Shown here piece after piece: positions 24,123 through 64,000 of a stretch of DNA of 64,000 nucleotides (positions within the stretch are counted from its first letter, which is position 1; each line of letters begins with the position of its first letter). The DNA comes from Phoronis australis (Eukaryota; Animalia; Phoronida). The translations under genes were made by a program, and so were the position numbers. The notes beneath the pieces are model-generated. The model made no database searches and was not told the origin of the DNA. It was given only the letters and a program-made list of their open reading frames with translations. The DNA lies in contig NMRA01000165.1 of assembly GCA_002633005.1 (NCBI GenBank), positions 96,280 through 160,279 of the forward strand, in the 5' to 3' direction.

Positions 24123-26536
24123 TGTGGTATATCAATGCGTGTTGTGGCCAACAGATGGCGCGCTCGTGGTAATAACTAAAAGAACACACGAATACCTTAA
24201 CAATAGAATACGTCAATTAATATGCAGCGTTGTGATTTACAAACAATAGATTACATCGAGTTGTGAGACTGACGACTGTTCGAATGAAGCGATATATCGT
24301 TACAGGTGAAAGTATTAATCTACAGTGCCACCAGTTACCCGCAGCTGGGAGTAATATATTGGTCATAGCCCGTAGCTACCACACACGTTAGTGAAGTACA
24401 AGTCGCAACATGAACTGACCCTGTAAAACAATCACTAGACTGGTTCAAACTGACTAACAGGCTGAGACCAACACCTGTATTAATTAGTTTTTATTCCTTG
24501 ACTCTTCTATTCCACTTTTGATCACTAATCTGGTTTTCCTCGTCTTTGCTGTTGGCTCCTCCTAGAGATCAGGTCTGGGTCTGATTCACGGTTTTCGTCT
24601 CGGTCTAGGTCTGGTCTGGGTCTTGTTCTCGGTCTGCCTCGGTCTTGGTCTAACTCTCCTTGATAGCCAATGCCTTAAAGGAGAATGCCACTCGATTTAA
24701 TTAGTCTTTTTCGCCGTCTTAATCAGTATATATCCACATCGCCTCGCATACGGTCGACCTTACCTTGCCAAGAGGTGTCGCGTTAACCTGTGAGGAAGGT
24801 GAGAAACGACGCTAGCGACGTCAATGGTTCATATGCAAAGTGAATGCCGCTATGTTGCGGTGCTTCGTTCCCGCTTGTCTGCGAACAAAGCAGCTGCGAG
24901 GAAAGGGGGTATATCGTTTTCTTTACTTCCTCGAGAGCCCGAAATGCTTAGGAAGTGGCTCATGGTAGTGAAGAATGAAGTGTACGCTGTAAATAGCAAG
25001 TATGAAGCCGTGAAACATCTCCGTGCCTGTGGCCTGCCGACGTCGACAGTGCCTGACGAATGCCGACTTACCAAATAACTCCATACGTTCCGTTGTCTGA
25101 GCTTGTTCACGGCGCCTCTCTAGTATTTCTTCATCACTGTATTCCTGTTCGAATTAATAGATCCACCTGCGAAGTCGGGACTGATGAGCTCTAGCTCGTC
25201 CTAAGTCGGGATCTTGCGAGTTGCCATGTTGGCGTTTATTACCGTAGAGCGTTCTGTTTCAAAATGAATTATTCTCCCCCTAACCAATACTTATATAAAA
25301 CTTAAACAAAGTCTGTCTCATTAGGTGCAATTTGTAATGCCTGTGGAGTGTTCGTGAGTTCAAATGATTTGAGAAGCCAGCCATAAATAAATCACTGCGT
25401 TACCGGCTTTAGGTGCCGGCGGCAATAAAACTAATTGACGGGACACCGAGGGCGTGTGAGCTCATGCTAGTTTAGTGTTTGCCGGCAGAAACTGTTGTGA
25501 AACAACTCGATTTCCATCCCACGACCAGGTGTTAGGGTAATCTTTATTTACATTGATGATTGTCAATGTACAACTTCTGCCCTGACGGTGCTGTGGCCAA
25601 AGCGGAACCTGAATTCGCGGCCCCCGACGAGTAAGTAGATTTGCAGTTTCGTGGCTAATTCACCAACGTAATCACGTGCACATTACTTTGGCTCACTACT
25701 ATAGTATTTTCTTAACTGGAAGTTTACTTTCCACTGATCTTTGGCTGGTTGATGTTCGTGATGTCTGATCAGTTTCCAAGCCACTGGCCGAATAACAAAC
25801 GTTTTGTGTTTAGAACTCAAAAAATCACAAGTCTAAACAACACAGATCTTGGTTCTTCTGTCTGTATCTCATGGAAAATACTTCGAAATTATCTCCGAAC
25901 AGACCCCAAACTCCTGCTACGTACCTTATTGGCCTGCCAACTTTGTAGGCTACGGTGTGTCCAAATACCAACAAATCCGTAAGAGCGAAATAAAACAACA
26001 CGTTTTTATAAGAACTCGGTGTATTTTTAAGGGTTTTACATCGAAGTTTGATGGTCTATTGGTGTTGAACGATTACTTCAAGCAATAAGCTGACACCAGT
26101 AGCCCATTTTGTGAACTGCTGAACAGACTGCGTGTGAACCCGATGACGTCATTGGATAATTTCAACACCTCCGTCTGCCGTCAGGTAACGCAACCGTACG
26201 TGTCCTAATGGAGTAGAACTATTCGATCTAAATTGATACAAATTAGGTTGTTTTTTGGGTGGCATGCTCCTTTAAATACTGTTCTAGCCGGCATCGTATG
26301 ATGGGCCCATCTCGTGACGGTTAAAGTCCCTGGTCAGAGTTTGCACGTGACACTTGCATAACAATTAATTAACTTGAATGGAACTTACCCAACAAAATCA
26401 AATCAGCTGACTATTGAAACAATTCTTGCATAACACCTGTGATAATCTGTGCTACAGCCAAAGATACGATTGCAATGCACTTTTAATTTTCGGAAACCTT
26501 AATTAAATGCAAAGGTCCTAGCCTCATTATATTACA
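24123..26536 (-). repeat. 5' LTR of copy 2, interrupted by insertion 24679-26271
   Basis: 24123-24678 plus 26276-26536 align with 14725-15545. Confidence 0.94.
24679..26271 (+). mobile_element. Kolobok-like non-autonomous DNA transposon (copy B)
   Basis: Perfect TTAA TSD (24675-24678 and 26272-26275); TIR AGGAG(A/C)ATGCCAC; THAP-like remnant at 24845-25040 (ISFSLLPREPEMLRKWL..LRACG). Confidence 0.85.
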
Positions 26537-27718
26537 CATTGAAAAGTGTTGAAATGAAATGCTTTTACCACTTACAAATCCATATCGGAGGAGCAATGCC
26601 AGGACGAGATTAAACTATATTTAAAGACAGTGTGGTCCTTAAAATTTATCACTTCAGTAAAAACTGCAGAGGAGATCCTACCCTGATAGCGAATGTAGGA
26701 AAACATGCCCCCTATCCCCTGCATCCCCCTGAACAAGGTATACTCCTGTACCTTCTTGGCAACATGAAGTATTTTTTACTAAAAAATAAAACAAGTCAAA
26801 AGTATAACGCATAATTCTGTTTATTCTTGATAACAACACGACATAAAGCTGGCCGCAACAATCCACAGGCCATCAGCCAAGAACATGGTGACCAGATGTC
26901 TTCTTTAAATATTGGAACACCATAGTAACAGGTTATCGCAATGCAACACAGTGCGGAACTAACAGCTGATGTAGTTAAACAAACATAGTATATTTTTACT
27001 GTTCATTGGTTTCATATAAAATATGTAAAGAAATATGGAATGGATCATTGAAGGAAGTCGGAATGAAAGTAACCCTTTAGTGCCACCTGTTGTTGGTCTA
27101 GGAAATGTTCATGGCATCACTGAACTTGGAATGCAGAGTTATGTATTCGCATCAACAAATAGTAAAAAAATATGATAAAAATAACCCCTCAGTTTCACAG
27201 AATCAATAAAATGATATATTTCCAGAATATAAATCAAATTTACCATCAGTCTAAATCTAAAAATTGCTTCAGATCACATATGTTGATAGATATAGCACAG
27301 TAAAAATATTCAAATTCACAGTAAAGCATCGAAAACCCCTAATAAATTACTTATCGAAATCACAGTTTCATCGTAATTCTGATATTAAATGCATCATTCC
27401 TCCTGAACTGGAAGAATTACCTTTTCCCTTACACATCATTAGGAATGCAGTCAGTAAAAAGACAACATGTTAGACAGTAGACGATACCAGACAATGTGAG
27501 TTTAAACTAAGAAAGCTCAGAGAGAAGCCATATTTGAGTGCACAAGGTTCAACAAAACTGCACTCTGAACAAACAAGCGGAATAAGGGCCGACAAGGAAA
27601 AAGACTAGTGCAGACGCATAAGCAAGCATGACCAAACATTGAACACAAGTGAACATCTTTGTGACAACATAAAAATGTTTGTAGGAAAACAACAGACTGC
27701 ACTAAACTCTGACCGACA

Positions 27719-61267
<33,549 letters not shown>

Positions 61268-61629
61268 TGTCACACCTGAACACGAGAAGATAATCAATAT
61301 ATGTATGTACGACATATAAATAAATTTTTCAATCCTTTATTGATTTTTTTTCAATTTTCAACTAACATTAAAAACAGTTCAAAAAAATTATTAAGTGAAA
61401 TGTACCAGGAAATACCGGGTATATTGCCAGCTGATTCACACATACAATCACGTTTCGTTAACATCAACTCACCAATTTAGGACACAATATGGTGGACAAT
61501 TGAAATATTATTTTAAAATTTTTTCAATAAAGATAGGTAGCACCAAATAAAGACTTTAAGTCTCAGCTTCTATATCGAAGGGCCACTTGAAGAAAAACTT
61601 AATTACAAGGGGGAGAATATTTGTTCGAG

Positions 61630-62095
61630 ATGGAAGGAATTAAAGACATCAACGGCTTCCTAGTAAGTAAGTAAGTAAAATATTTATTTTACATTCGTAT
61701 AAAATAGGTTTAATAACTGCAAAACAGTAGCACAGTGTTAGTGACTGAGGTGTCCCTCTGATGCGCAAGAGGTATAACAACGTGACATTGATGTTTTAAT
61801 CCGTGTGAGGCACAATTCGTCGAAAAGCCTCTGGCGCATGAAGGGCCTGTAGGAGCATCACAGTCTCTAGTAATAGCCTAAGTAGGACCAGCTAGAGTCA
61901 GTGGTCACTGTCTAGTCTTCATACAGCAAGCTAGTTGGCTAATTAGTTTGAGTTGGAAGGAATTAAAGACATCAGCGGCCTCGCCAGGTGTCCCTCTGCG
62001 TGCAAATGGTATTTGCAACAACGTGACTTTGATGCTTTAATCAGTGTGAGGCGTAATTCACCGAAAAGCCTCTGATGTATGAAGCGCCTCCGGGA
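61630..62095. repeat. Diverged direct duplication; first unit interrupted by a (TAAG)n LINE-tail-like insert
   Basis: TGGAAGGAATTAAAGACATC, GGTGTCCCTCTG and CGAAAAGCCTCT each occur twice. Confidence 0.6.
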
Positions 62096-63264
62096 GTTTT
62101 AACCGTCCCGACGGCCAGTCGAGACGGTGGCACTGTGTACAGCACTGCATGGTCGGTTATAACGATTCTTAATTTTGAGAACCAGATTCATCCACTGAAT
62201 AATGGTCCCATGACTGCCTGATTCTCGAAATCAAGGACCGCTATATCCGACAAGTGACAGTGTACCTTGGCTCAGAAGAGAAATCAAATGCAAGTCTGTA
62301 CTGCTGTGTGTGAACTCAACATCGGGTATGCGTGAACTAATTGGAATACATGAGGAAACTTGACAAGTTCACTCATATAATTCACATGCATAAAAATTTG
62401 CACTGCACTAAACCAAATTATATGTTAATAAAATAACGTAAAATTCAACTTAATTAATATTTTTTCAGCTATTGGCGATCTTATTCACCAAACAATAATT
62501 GTTTTATCTAATCACAAATTCCTCCTATTCCTTGACACAAGTTACGGTAAAGGAGAAAATGAGTGATTATAAGGCCAATAATTACAAAAATTCTTTACAC
62601 TGAACAAAAAATTTCACCTGATTGCCCAAATATATGTTCTATTCCAAGTTAACGCATACGCGATTAAGGAGGCAGGATTCCAAGTTCACGCACAGCATGT
62701 ATACAGTATAGGATAGTACCACTTGTTTCATTTCAGCCTCAGGTTGAAGTCAGAATCTCAAACTGTGGAATGAGAAGATGAGGTCTGATTGAAAATCTAA
62801 AGACGTTGACACACTATAGCAAAACCTACCACAAACCGGTACAATCAACGACCTGCTCTTTTGCTCTTTCTTCGCAAACGATTTCCTGGTCCAAACCTCC
62901 CGACCGGCTGGTGACCAAATAACTTCCAGGTGTAAATATAAATCATCCGACACATAACTTGGTAGCAAATAAGCTTGGAAAAACACATTTAAAAGATTGA
63001 GTATAAAATAGAGTACCATTCCTTGTTTGTTTTTTAAATAAAACTCACGATTGTCAGTTGGAATAATTTATTTCTTTGTGTTTTCAAGTCTGGAAAGTAA
63101 ACAACACATTGCGTAGTAATATAATGACGTGAAGGTTGATGAAAAAGCGACATCTTTTGAAGCGACACTACAACATCCGTTTGGGCCGTGTTCAGCCAGA
63201 GACCGTACCCTTTGACACAGCGTCACCTATACTGCAAACTTTCGTTTAGCACTGTGATAGACAA

Positions 63265-64000
63265 GAGAGAGAGAGAGAGAGAAAACGCATTATTTACAGT
63301 ACATAATTATAATACATTGATTAAAATTTGATTTCAATTAGGAGGCCTTCTAAAGGTAATTGACCGCTGATAAGAAGGTCCCCTGTACAAGATAAACAAA
63401 TGGAAATGCAAAAATCAGTAGGAATACTTAAGAAAACAGTGAATTAAGTTAGTGCGGCTGAAAACGACCGACACGCCAGGAACCAAGAAGTAAACTGGCA
63501 CAGCTCAGGAGATTTTGAGAATACAATTAGATACTGTTACATATGAAGCAATTGGAAATATGACAAACTGGATCGTAGTTGCTAATAATAAAATTGGTTA
63601 AGAACCTGGAGAATGCTTGCAAAGAATGCGTTTTTATTATATTTAGAGCAGAGACTGGCCCGGTATTTCGTTGTTGTTTATAAGTCGAGGAATCTGAAAT
63701 CTAATACAGGCTCTTGATGACAATTTGTTGGACGGAGGAATTAAAATTTTGTGTTGTATTGTCGGTATAGTAGCTGAGTATTGATTCAGGTATGTAGGAG
63801 TTTTAATGTGTCTGGTTGGCTTATATTGGATGGGTTTACTAAAGAAGTTGTTAGTGTAAAAATACTTAGGAAGCTGATTATTGAGGAATTTGTAGTAAAA
63901 TTTTGCAGTTGAGATTTTAAAGATGTCTTGAACTAGAGGGAGGCGAAGTTCCTTACATATGGGCAGAGAGTGAGCATTATAACTGGAATTTGATATATTC
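63265..64000 (-). mobile_element. 3' end of a CR1/L2-like LINE (ORF2 C-terminus, 3' UTR, microsatellite tail)
   Basis: Minus strand reads ISNSSYNAHSLPICKELRL..DIFK..KFYYKFLNNQLPKYF...YDPVCHISNCFICN; ends in a (CT)n tail. Confidence 0.8.

Larger units (their letters stand above)
14725..26536 (-). mobile_element. Full-length env-bearing Ty3/Gypsy (errantivirus-like) LTR retroelement, copy 2, decayed
   Basis: Two LTRs with TG..CA ends, 4-bp TSD CATT (14721-14724 and 26537-26540), PBS, PPT, and gag/pol/env remnants. Confidence 0.96.

Noticed and set aside
24675-26275. piggyBac assignment for the TTAA elements
   Set aside because: Ends are AGG..CCT rather than CC..GG, and a THAP remnant is present; this fits Kolobok better.

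Overview
AT-rich eukaryotic genomic DNA from an invertebrate animal (repeat types suggest a marine lophotrochozoan-like species, but the taxon cannot be fixed from the sequence), with two assembly gaps (28162-28184, 47143-47809). The left half holds two decayed copies of one env-bearing Ty3/Gypsy LTR retroelement on the - strand. Copy 2 is complete at 14725-26536 (CATT TSD, tRNA-His PBS, PPT, gag, -1 frameshift, pol, F-type env, and a candidate fourth ORF). Copy 1 (1-8469) runs off the window. The 5' LTR of each copy carries an insertion of the same Kolobok-like deletion derivative, at a different site in each; the copy-1 insertion has an ISL2EU-like element nested inside it. Between the two copies is an intronless aldo-keto reductase CDS (11430-12389, +). 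The right half is a myosin VI gene (- strand, 27719-61267, 26 coding exons traced; cargo-binding exons missing, probably in the small gap), with MITEs in its introns and a CR1-like LINE 3' end upstream. The most unusual object is a young 1.35-kb element in a myosin VI intron (54137-55484): a complete Gag ORF between an LTR and an INVERTED copy of the same LTR, flanked by a perfect 5-bp TSD. All calls were made by eye; no database searches were run.
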